A stretch of 64,000 nucleotides of DNA, taken from NCBI GenBank assembly GCA_963665095.1, contig OY762069.1:288001-352000 (forward strand), read 5' to 3'. Within the stretch, counting starts at the first letter, position 1. Each line of letters starts with the position of its first letter. Below the pieces are notes generated by a model. That model was not told the origin of the DNA. It made no database searches and saw only the letters and a list, made by a program, of their open reading frames with translations. The stretch comes from an uncultured Desulfobacter sp. (GTDB lineage Bacteria > Desulfobacterota > Desulfobacteria > Desulfobacterales > Desulfobacteraceae). Of this stretch, positions 51,249 to 60,126 are shown piece by piece. A program made the translations under genes and the position numbers.

Positions 51249-51627
51249 TGCCAGCCTTCAAAAACTAAAAATCAAGATTATTGGAGATTACGTGTATTAT
51301 TATAAGTATGTTACCCTGCGGCAACAGCCTCTTTGAACTGGTATTCAAAGAGGACCTGTCGTTTGTAGGACAGTAAGCCGTGGCAGGTATTCATGGACGT
51401 TCCGGCAATTGCAGGGAAGGATGAACTCTGATATATAACACTACCAATACAACCGCCAACTATCTGATACGGATTAATTAAGATAGCGCCGATAGAGGCC
51501 AGCGGTTCTGGCAACACGTTTGTAAGACTGCCGGAAGAAAATTTTTTAAGAATAGCTCCGATTCGGTGAAAAAAAACGATTTAATCCGCAGAATGAGTAT
51601 GTACCGTTCCATAAAAGGAGGCATGTC

Positions 51628-54120
51628 ATGAAAAGCAGCATCCGGGAACCTGACGCCCTTTCTTGCAGAATTCAATGGCTCAGGGACTATTATTTCAACG
51701 GGGCAGAAAGAGCGTGGAACAACGAATTTACCTGCTGGACCACCGGCACCCCCTGGGATCGCCAGTATCACGAGTTCACCTACTATATTGTCCCGGAAGC
51801 CTATGAGATGTTCGATGTCATGAAGGGCGGCTACCAACAGGCCGCCAGGCCTGTTGATCTGCCCAACCATTTCTGGGAAATGACGCTTCCTGAACGACGG
51901 GCCTGGTTTGTCCGTGAGACGCTGGTGAACCATGTGCCCCAGGAGATGCTTCCCGGGGATCTTCTGGCCGGTGCCCGCTTCAACATCCAGACCTCCATGT
52001 GCCTGACCCGAAAGGCGCAGAAAAAATATGACCGGCTGCTGACTGCCCGCAACGGGGCCAGGGCCAGGGTGAAATGGTTCCATGACCATGGCTATGGAAA
52101 TGCCGGCGCCACCTGCGGGCACCTTGTTCCCGGCCATGAAAGGGTGCTGAAACTTGGATGGACCGGTCTCTTGGAAGAGCTGGAGGATCGGTATAGACGC
52201 CTTACGGAAAAAGAGAAAAAAGGACCTAAGGGCGGCCAGCTTAGAGCCATGATAACTTCTGCCGGCATGCCGGGGGAACTGGCGCAGAAATATGCCGTGC
52301 TCTGCAGGACTCTGGCCGCTGCCGAAAAAGAAAGCGGCAGAAAAAAGGAGCTGGGGCAGATCGCAGAAAATCTTGTCAATATCACCCGGAAACCGCCCAA
52401 AACGTTCTGGGAGGCGGTTCAGGCCCTGTGGTTGACCCATATGCTGATCATGAGCGATGAAAATTACCCGGGGCCCGGTGTCTCTTTAGGCAGAATTGAT
52501 CAGTATCTCTATCCCTTCTGGGAGTACTCGAAAAACCAGGGCATGGACCGGGAGTTTGCCAAGGAGATTCTGAAATGTTTCTGGATTCACTGCAATACAG
52601 CCTATGACGCCACCATCCGTTGTGGCAACCAGGGTATCACGGCAGGCTACGGCCAGCTGATCACCCTGTCCGGCATGGGATTGGATGGTGAAGATCTCAC
52701 CAATGAGCTGACCTATCTGATCCTGGAAGTGATTGACGAGATGTCCCCCATCCTGGAACCCAAGCCCAATGTCCGGCTGCACAAAAAATCACCGGACCGG
52801 CTTCTTACAACCATTGTGGAGATGATTCAAAAAAGCCAGGGTGCCCCGTTCCTTCTCAATTTTGATGAACGTTCCATGGCCGGCATGATGCGTCAGGGAA
52901 AGCTTGCCGGTCTGAACAACCTGATCAGCCTGGAAAATGTCCATGAGTATGCCCCAGTGGGGTGCCTTGAAAATACCATGGTGGGAAACGACCGGTCCGG
53001 CACCGTGGACAACAACCTGAACCTGTTAAAGGCGGTTGAACTGGCCATGAACAATGGAAAAGACCTTGTTCCCTTTTGCGATCCCATGACTGGAAAAGTG
53101 GAAAAAATCCGCCGGGACGGACCTGCCACGGGAGAGCCCGGGGATTTTACAACCTTTGATGCCTTTTATAATGCTTTTGAACGGCAGATGGCCTTCATAG
53201 TAGAAAAGTGCGTGGACCTTTATGAGGCCTCTGAGTCGGTCCGGGCACAGTTCTTCCCCACCCCGTATCTCTCCTGCCTGGTCAAAGGCTGTGCGCAAAA
53301 AGGGCGTGATATCACCCAGGGGGGCGCGGAAATCAGTTTTACCACCCTTGAGGCAGTCACCTACGCCACCACAGTTGACTCTCTTCTTGCCATTAAATAT
53401 CTGGTGTACGACACCAAAGAGTGCACCCTTGAAGAGTTGTCAAAGGCTTTGGCTGCCAACTGGGAAGGGTATGAAATCCTTCAGGCAAAGGCAAAAAACA
53501 GGGCACCCAAATATGGACGGGACGATGACGAAGCCGATGCCATGGGCCGAAAGGTCATGGAACTGTGGTGCAATGAGGCCTGGAAGCACACAACTAAATC
53601 CACGGGCCGGCGATTCCGGCCGGGTATGCTCAGCTGGAATTACTGGGCCTCGGACGGCTATGTCATGGCGGCCAGCGCGGATGGCAGAAAACGGGGGCAG
53701 TTCCTTTCCAATGCCATCTGCCCCTCAAACGGGGCAGACATCAACGGGCCAACATCCAACACCAACTCCGTGGGAAAGGTCCTTGGCGGAAAAGCGGACA
53801 ACGATCAAAGTGACTTCAACGGATATGTCAATTTCCTGCCCAACGGTGCCAGCCACACCATGACCTTTAACCCTTCCATGATCCGGGATGCGGAACATAA
53901 AAACAAATTCATCGCCTTTCTCAAAGGCTATACTCAAAACGGCGGCACTGCCCTTCAGATCAATATGCTGGATCCGGCCATGCTCCTTGATGCCCAGAAG
54001 CATCCCCGTGACTATCGCCATTTACTGGTGCGGATTACCGGGTACAATGCCTACTTTACAACCATCGGCAAAGAGCTGCAGGATGAGGTGATTCACCGGC
54101 TCTCCCACAGCCGTTTTTAA
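51628..54120 (+). CDS. Glycyl radical enzyme (PFL superfamily), substrate unknown
   Basis: Cys loop YAPVGCLENT, Gly loop LLVRITGYNAYF, SLGRIDQYLYP and APKYG motifs. Confidence 0.92.
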   Translation: MKSSIREPDALSCRIQWLRDYYFNGAERAWNNEFTCWTTGTPWDRQYHEFTYYIVPEAYEMFDVMKGGYQQAARPVDLPNHFWEMTLPERRAWFVRETLVNHVPQEMLPGDLLAGARFNIQTSMCLTRKAQKKYDRLLTARNGARARVKWFHDHGYGNAGATCGHLVPGHERVLKLGWTGLLEELEDRYRRLTEKEKKGPKGGQLRAMITSAGMPGELAQKYAVLCRTLAAAEKESGRKKELGQIAENLVNITRKPPKTFWEAVQALWLTHMLIMSDENYPGPGVSLGRIDQYLYPFWEYSKNQGMDREFAKEILKCFWIHCNTAYDATIRCGNQGITAGYGQLITLSGMGLDGEDLTNELTYLILEVIDEMSPILEPKPNVRLHKKSPDRLLTTIVEMIQKSQGAPFLLNFDERSMAGMMRQGKLAGLNNLISLENVHEYAPVGCLENTMVGNDRSGTVDNNLNLLKAVELAMNNGKDLVPFCDPMTGKVEKIRRDGPATGEPGDFTTFDAFYNAFERQMAFIVEKCVDLYEASESVRAQFFPTPYLSCLVKGCAQKGRDITQGGAEISFTTLEAVTYATTVDSLLAIKYLVYDTKECTLEELSKALAANWEGYEILQAKAKNRAPKYGRDDDEADAMGRKVMELWCNEAWKHTTKSTGRRFRPGMLSWNYWASDGYVMAASADGRKRGQFLSNAICPSNGADINGPTSNTNSVGKVLGGKADNDQSDFNGYVNFLPNGASHTMTFNPSMIRDAEHKNKFIAFLKGYTQNGGTALQINMLDPAMLLDAQKHPRDYRHLLVRITGYNAYFTTIGKELQDEVIHRLSHSRF

Positions 54121-54132
54121 AAAGGCCTGTCC

Positions 54133-55101
54133 ATGAGCGGGAATTGTACAGGAAGCGTCCTTGACATTCAACGCATGTCCACCGAAGACGGCCCGGGCCT
54201 GCGGACCACTGTCTTTTTAAAGGGGTGTCCGCTTCACTGCACCTGGTGTCACAATCCGGAAAGCATTGATCCGGCACCTGAGCTTTGCTGGCATGCCACT
54301 GCCTGCATCGGGTGCCGAACCTGTATCGACGCCTGTGAAAAATCGGCCCTCTCTTTGAACGAAACAGGGGTTTTTATTCACAAAGATCTGTGCACAGGGT
54401 GTGGGAAATGTGCGGATGCGTGTCCTGCCCTGGCCCTGGTGCTCTCCGGGACAGAATGGACAGTCGAAGATCTTGTGGCCGAGCTTGTTAAAGACCGTGC
54501 CTTTTTTGAGCATTCAGACAGCGGTGGCATCACCCTTTCCGGTGGAGAGATGACCCTGCAGGCCGATTTCTGCGGCAAGGTTCTGGAGGCTCTTGGCCGT
54601 CACAGCATCCATACCGCCATTGACACCTGCGGCCAGTGTGCCCAATCCTCTCTGGAAAAAGTCCTGCCCCACACTGACCTGGTCCTGTTTGACTTAAAAG
54701 AGATGGATCCTGGAAAACATAAGGCGTTTACCGGACTGTCCAATACCAGCATTCTTGAAAATGCCCGGTTTGTTGCCCACTGGATCCAGAGCCATGAACG
54801 GCCGAAATCCATGTGGATCCGCACCCCGGTTATTCCAGGGGCCACCCTGGACCCGGATAGCATTAGGGCCATGGGGCGGTTTATTGCAGAAAATCTAGCG
54901 CTTTCGGTTTCCCGGTGGGAGCTGTGTACCTTTAATAACCTGTGCCGGGATAAATATGAGGCCCGGGGGGTATCATGGCAACACAGCCGGACAGAACTGG
55001 TAACAAGGGAAGAGATTGAACATCTTGTGACACTGGCAAAGGATTCCGGCATTGATCCAGCCATCGTTCACTGGAGCGGTTCAATCCGTAATGAAACCTG
55101 A
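54133..55101 (+). CDS. Glycyl radical activating enzyme (radical SAM with ferredoxin-like insert)
   Basis: DGPGLRTTVFLKGCPLHCTWCHNPE; CIGCRTC..C and CTGCGKC..C; GGITLSGGE. Confidence 0.95.
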   Translation: MSGNCTGSVLDIQRMSTEDGPGLRTTVFLKGCPLHCTWCHNPESIDPAPELCWHATACIGCRTCIDACEKSALSLNETGVFIHKDLCTGCGKCADACPALALVLSGTEWTVEDLVAELVKDRAFFEHSDSGGITLSGGEMTLQADFCGKVLEALGRHSIHTAIDTCGQCAQSSLEKVLPHTDLVLFDLKEMDPGKHKAFTGLSNTSILENARFVAHWIQSHERPKSMWIRTPVIPGATLDPDSIRAMGRFIAENLALSVSRWELCTFNNLCRDKYEARGVSWQHSRTELVTREEIEHLVTLAKDSGIDPAIVHWSGSIRNET

Positions 55102-55134
55102 AATCAGGATAAAACTTATAAAGAAAGGGGAGAT

Positions 55135-55983
55135 ATGGAACTGGTTACCACATTTGAGCAGCAGGATATTCAGGCAATGGCCCCCCTTGAAAAAATCGGC
55201 CTTTACGCCACCATCAATCCGGAGGGGCTTCCCCATATCACCTTTGTCAACTCTTTGATGGCAAGCGCTGCAGATGAACTGACCTTCGGGCAGTTTGTCC
55301 GGGGGCGAAGCAAATGGTTCATGCAGCTCAACCCCAAAACCGCCTTTTTCATTCTCGCCCCGCAGCAGAAACAGATGTGGTTTGGCACAGCCCTGTGGAA
55401 GGCAAAAAAAGATGAGGGACCAGAGCTGGATAAATACAAGGCCATGCCCATGCAGCGGTACAACTCCTATTTTCCCATCTACAGGGTCCATTATCTGGAT
55501 CTGGTCCGGACAACCAGCGCGCTTAAAATACCTGTTTTTTCGGTTCTGACCTCAGTGCTTGGTGCACTGGCTGCCAGGAGAAGCGCTAGGACCCGTATTG
55601 AGAAAAGGGTGATGAATCCATATAGTGAAGCATTGTTCAACAGGCTTAACGCGCTTAAATTCATGGCCTTTAAAGGGGCCGACGGGTTTCCGGTATTGAT
55701 TCCCGTCTTTGGTACCTTTGCCGCTGACAGCCGGCGTATTGTGTTTCATCCGGGACCCTTTGGTACGCTTCTGTCAGGGCTGCAGGACGGCCAGGACATT
55801 GCCGTATTTGCCCTGAGCCTGAAGCTGGAAAACGTTCTGGTCCGGGGAACATTCAAGGCGTTTAGAAACAAATTCGGCTTTCGCACCGGCATCATTGATG
55901 TTGTTTGGGTTTACAACTCCATGCCGCCCAATGCCGGCCAGATTTATCCTGAAGTCCCTTTGTCACCTGTGACCCGGTTTTGA
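55135..55983 (+). CDS. Tandem pyridoxamine-5'-phosphate-oxidase-like (flavin-binding split barrel) protein
   Basis: LYATINPEGLPHIT and a second FMAFKGADGFPVLIP repeat; GGGGAG RBS; co-oriented with the GRE genes. Confidence 0.6.
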   Translation: MELVTTFEQQDIQAMAPLEKIGLYATINPEGLPHITFVNSLMASAADELTFGQFVRGRSKWFMQLNPKTAFFILAPQQKQMWFGTALWKAKKDEGPELDKYKAMPMQRYNSYFPIYRVHYLDLVRTTSALKIPVFSVLTSVLGALAARRSARTRIEKRVMNPYSEALFNRLNALKFMAFKGADGFPVLIPVFGTFAADSRRIVFHPGPFGTLLSGLQDGQDIAVFALSLKLENVLVRGTFKAFRNKFGFRTGIIDVVWVYNSMPPNAGQIYPEVPLSPVTRF

Positions 55984-56145
55984 TATTTCAGTAACCGGAT
56001 TAAAGGGCGTTTTCTGCAGTTGATTATCGCCCTGTCTGGATTCAGGAATGTGATTGATATTGGCACATTCACCGGATACCATAGCCTTGGGCTATGGCCG
56101 AATCAATGAGAGTGCTGCAAAAAAGCGGTTTTATTGCTGTTCTGT

Positions 56146-57378
56146 TTATCGCAAAGATTTCGGCATGGCACGCACCACCCAGGTCAGAAGAGCGCAGCAG
56201 AATACGGCAATACAGATGCTCATGATGCCGAACACCAGAGCCCTGTTGTCCCATTCCAGGGAGACAATGCGCATGCCGATGCTGCCAACCAGAAGTCCGA
56301 AAAAATTGATGACTGAAGATGCGGCGCCTGGATTCTCTTTTACTGCATCCATCATGGGATCCATTGCCAGAGGCCGCTGCATGGCCGATGCTGCCGATCC
56401 CGGAAGTACGCAGATAATAAAGAGGAACGCATTTGACAGGCCAATGGTTGAAATCAGCACCCCGCTGATACCGATGGTTAAAAAAGTAAGAAAGGCCAGC
56501 CGGTTAAAGCCCAGCCTTCTGTTCAGGGGAACAAAGAGCAAAGGACCTATGATGCCGGCACCTGCGTTCAGGGCAAAAAGGAGGCTGAAGGTGCCGGCAG
56601 AAACCCCGAATTCCTTCATTAAAATAACGGCGGACCCGCCGATAAATCCAAAAATATAGATAAACGGCATGGAAAAGATGAGCAGTGCCCGGCTGAAAAA
56701 GGCGTTTTTAAATACGGAAAACAGGCCTGAAAAAACAGTGATCAGTGACAGATCATCTTGTCTGGTCTTGTTTTCCAGTATAAAAAAGACCCCGACAAGC
56801 GAAATGATTCCCACAAGTGTAAGCAGAACAAATACAATCCGCCACTGGCCAAATGCCAGAATGGCCGAACCCAGTGACGGACTGATCACAGGCGCCACCA
56901 TGGTGAGCGCGCCAAGGATGGCAAGGATCTTCTTTTTGGCATCTCCGGTGTAAGTGTCCTGGACAATGGCCAGGGATATGGTCAGAGGCGCGCCTGAAGC
57001 AATGGCCTGGATCACGCGCCAGATAATCATCTGGTAAACAGTCGCTGACACAACGCATCCGGCACTGGCAATGGTGAAAAGTGCAATGCCTGCAATCAGT
57101 GATGGTTTTCTGCCGTACTTTTCCGATACCGGGCCCCAGAGCAGGGTGGAAAAGGCAAAAAATACAAAAAACAGGACCAGGGTCAGGCTGGCGGTACTGT
57201 CCGAGGTGTTGAAGTTGGCGGCCATCTGGGGCAGTGCCGGCAGATACATATCTGTGGCCAATGGAGGGTAGGAGCCCATGAGGATGAGCAGTGCAGGTAA
57301 AAAGAAGCCTGTTTTCCGGTCTTGGGTCTGTGTGCTGATTTCTGACGCGGATTCTCGTATGCTTGCATTTTGGATCAT
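56146..57378 (-). CDS. Bcr/CflA family MFS efflux transporter
   Basis: TDMYLPALPQMA, GPVSEKYGRKP and RVIQA motifs. Confidence 0.88.
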   Translation of the reverse strand: MIQNASIRESASEISTQTQDRKTGFFLPALLILMGSYPPLATDMYLPALPQMAANFNTSDSTASLTLVLFFVFFAFSTLLWGPVSEKYGRKPSLIAGIALFTIASAGCVVSATVYQMIIWRVIQAIASGAPLTISLAIVQDTYTGDAKKKILAILGALTMVAPVISPSLGSAILAFGQWRIVFVLLTLVGIISLVGVFFILENKTRQDDLSLITVFSGLFSVFKNAFFSRALLIFSMPFIYIFGFIGGSAVILMKEFGVSAGTFSLLFALNAGAGIIGPLLFVPLNRRLGFNRLAFLTFLTIGISGVLISTIGLSNAFLFIICVLPGSAASAMQRPLAMDPMMDAVKENPGAASSVINFFGLLVGSIGMRIVSLEWDNRALVFGIMSICIAVFCCALLTWVVRAMPKSLR

Positions 57379-57672
57379 GTTTAAACCTATAGAAGACTAT
57401 TTGTATAAAATTATAAAATAAAGTCTGGGTTATACCTGTATCCATTTAGTTCTTCAAGGATTATTAGCGATTTGTAATTAAAAAGTTGACCAAGGTAATC
57501 ATCTGCCGGCCACAGCCGAGGGTGAACGCCTCTGACTTCAAGAAAGAAAGGGAATGTTTGGGCAGGTTCGGGCTTGAGATTAGATTTTGATTGCTCTATG
57601 ATTTGTGCAGAAATCAGGGCAAAAATCAAAGTGACGGAACGGTTATTTAGCGCAAAAGGATACCAAAAGACC

Positions 57673-58392
57673 ATGGCGGCACCGAAATACAGTAAAAAAA
57701 AGTTGATCCGGGAATCCATCAGACTCTTTTATAAAGACGGATATCAGAATACCACCATGCGCAAAATTGCAGATGCCAGCGGCATCTCACATCCGGCCAT
57801 ATTTGCGCATTTTAAAAACAAAGCCCAGATCGGTACGCTATTAATCTACCGGTATATAAACGGGGTGGTGACCCTGACCCGGCGTTACATTGCCGATACT
57901 GGCATTAACCCGGCCATGAACCACGAACCGCTTGTCTTTTACTGGACCATCCATTTTCATATGATGAAGGAGGATCAACGGCTGTTTAATTTTTCCAGGG
58001 AATTTTATGCGTCCCAGGATATATATGAAAATGAGTCCAGTCCGGTTTTTTTGCAGATGTTTCTGGACCTGCTGCAGGGTAGCCACTCCCAGGACCTTGA
58101 GCAGAACCTTGAGGACCTCAAACTGCAGACCCAGCTGGTCTCCACAGTGGCTTCCATTATGGTGTACAACTGTTATGCAAAAAGGATTTCACTTGAAAAG
58201 GCAGTGATAGAGTACTTCAATCTTCTCTATTCCATTCTGAAAATTCAAAGAAACATATCTGTCCGGGATATTGAGGCCTTTCTTTCCCGGAAAGCGTATC
58301 TTCAATACCTGAACTTCAACCTGCTCGAAGAAGTTCTGCTCACCGATTTTGGCCGGGAGTATCCACATCCACCGGCTCTGTCCCTGGCTTGA
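57673..58392 (+). CDS. TetR/AcrR family regulator
   Basis: GYQNTTMRKIADASGISHPAIFAHFKNK helix-turn-helix; start taken as ATG 57673. Confidence 0.85.
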   Translation: MAAPKYSKKKLIRESIRLFYKDGYQNTTMRKIADASGISHPAIFAHFKNKAQIGTLLIYRYINGVVTLTRRYIADTGINPAMNHEPLVFYWTIHFHMMKEDQRLFNFSREFYASQDIYENESSPVFLQMFLDLLQGSHSQDLEQNLEDLKLQTQLVSTVASIMVYNCYAKRISLEKAVIEYFNLLYSILKIQRNISVRDIEAFLSRKAYLQYLNFNLLEEVLLTDFGREYPHPPALSLA

Positions 58393-58873
58393 TTATTTTT
58401 ATCTCCCGGATTCAAACACAAATGCCCTGACCCGATATGTATCCATCCATTTGCCGCAGGGCAATCATTGATGCTGCAATGGACGGACACAAGTTATGAG
58501 CCTGTCCGTGCCGGTCGCCCACTGCGGACAATTTCAAATGTCGGGCCGTCAGCGGTTGCTGCCGGTCGGCCGCAGCGGCACCAAAAAGGTTTATAGTTAA
58601 ACTCTTCATTCAAAAAAGCAAAGCCCTGTTGAAAAAACTGTCATAGAGGGCATATCTGCGTGCAATATCTTATTTCGTTTGTTTTAGCACTTCTCGTCCT
58701 CGGACTTTCAGGTGCACCGTATGAAGGTGTCTTTACACTCACAATGGTAAAATCACCTAATGTTCGGCTGTATGCTGCCCCAAAGTCGATGAGTTTGGTC
58801 AACCAAACTGTGATAAACGGTAAGATGACGGTTCTATTTTAGGGATATATCTGATTTTTTAAATTAGTAACTA

Positions 58874-58934
58874 TTGACAAATAAAACAGTTTTTTTTAAA
58901 AGCTTACCATGGTAAATAAACATTACCACGGTAA
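58874..58934 (+). promoter_or_regulatory. Promoter -35 with two palindromic operators upstream of the methyltransferase
   Basis: TTGACA at 58874; TTACCATGGTAA (58904-58915) and TTACCACGGTAA (58923-58934). Confidence 0.7.
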
Positions 58935-59003
58935 TCTATAATTTTGAAGGATCCGGCTTATAAGCCTGAAGATCGGTTTGCCGTATAGAATGGAGAGTAC
59001 TGT

Positions 59004-59807
59004 ATGATAATTATCGGAGAAAAGATCAACGGAGCGATTCCTTCCGTTGCAGAGGCCATCAGCAAGAAAGACGAAGCGTTCATTAAAAATCTGGCAATAA
59101 CCCAGTCTGAAGCAGGGTCCACCTTTATTGATGTCTGTGCATCTGTGGATGTAAAAATTGAGCTTGAAACAATGAAATGGCTTATTGACCTGGTACAGGA
59201 TGTCACCGAAACCCCCATTGCGGTGGATAGTCCTGATGCCGGCATCTGCGCTGCAGCCATTGATTTCTGCAACAAGCCGGGCCTGGTTAACTCCGTGTCC
59301 ATGGAAGGGGACAAGATTGACGTGGTGTTCCCTAAGATTGCCGACACCAAATGGGAATGTGTCGCACTGCTCTGTGACGATACCGGCATTCCCAAAACCG
59401 CTGAAAAGCGTTTAGAGGTCTTTTCCGATATTATGGAAAAAGCCAAAGCGTATAATATTGACCCTTCCCGTCTGCACATTGATCCTCTGGTTGAAATGCT
59501 GTGCACATCAGAAGATGGTATCAAACCCATCATTGAGGTGATGCTGGAGATCAAGCGCCAGTATCCTGCCATTCATATCACTGGCGGTGCCTCCAACATC
59601 TCCTTTAACCTGCCAGCCAGAAAATTTGTGAACCAGGCGTTTCTCATTCTTGCCATGGGGGCTGGCATGGATTCTGCTATTATCAATCCGCTGCATAAGC
59701 ACATGATGGGTCTGATTTACGCCACTGAAGCCCTTAAGGGTGAGGATGAGTACTGCATGGAATATATAGAGGCCTACAGAGAGGGACTTTTCGGGCCGGT
59801 GAAATAA
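59004..59807 (+). CDS. Methyltetrahydrofolate:corrinoid methyltransferase (AcsE/MT2-like pterin-binding protein)
   Basis: IIGEKIN, PIAVDS, NSVS, HIDPL, GASNISFNLPAR and GMDSAIINP motifs. Confidence 0.88.
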   Translation: MIIIGEKINGAIPSVAEAISKKDEAFIKNLAITQSEAGSTFIDVCASVDVKIELETMKWLIDLVQDVTETPIAVDSPDAGICAAAIDFCNKPGLVNSVSMEGDKIDVVFPKIADTKWECVALLCDDTGIPKTAEKRLEVFSDIMEKAKAYNIDPSRLHIDPLVEMLCTSEDGIKPIIEVMLEIKRQYPAIHITGGASNISFNLPARKFVNQAFLILAMGAGMDSAIINPLHKHMMGLIYATEALKGEDEYCMEYIEAYREGLFGPVK

Positions 59808-60056
59808 GTGCCGGGGCGTGTGACCATGCTTGCCCGCCGCACATCCTTAATTGAATATAATGAAATGTACTAACAGAATCATGAGTGAATAAGTTTTTAG
59901 ATATATGCAGTGCCTGTCCACCCCCGGCCTTTTATCCCAATTTCAGGCCTGGGGATCCGACCGGGATGGGCGCTGTTTTGCAGGGCATACCCCTCCATGC
60001 AATGCAATCTTTGATTGCATACATGCCCTGTAACCACTGAGCGCTCCTGCTTGCCT

Positions 60057-60106
60057 CAGACAGAAAAACCCGGACGGCCGTCAGGCCGTCCGGGTTTTTC
60101 TGTCTG
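60057..60106. terminator. Perfect long hairpin between convergent genes (bidirectional terminator)
   Basis: CAGACAGAAAAACCCGGACGGCC gtca GGCCGTCCGGGTTTTTCTGTCTG. Confidence 0.8.
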
Positions 60107-60126
60107 GGGTTTTGGGGGCTTTGAGA

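Larger units (their letters stand above)
45106..51325 (-). repeat. Right, inverted copy of the ~400-bp sequence, fragmented by transposon B, a TA cassette and a group II intron
   Basis: Pieces 45106-45202, 48301-48326, about 49120-49333 and 51249-51325 are colinear with rc 26891-27285. Confidence 0.8.

Noticed and set aside
51289..51316. dif/pdif-like site at the outer end of the inverted repeat (rc GGGTAACATAC TTATAA TAATACACGTA)
   Set aside because: Only partial match to the XerD and XerC arms, and the spacing is not kept in the left copy
58412..58842. Short ORFs between the TetR and methyltransferase genes
   Set aside because: No RBS or recognisable motif; cannot be supported
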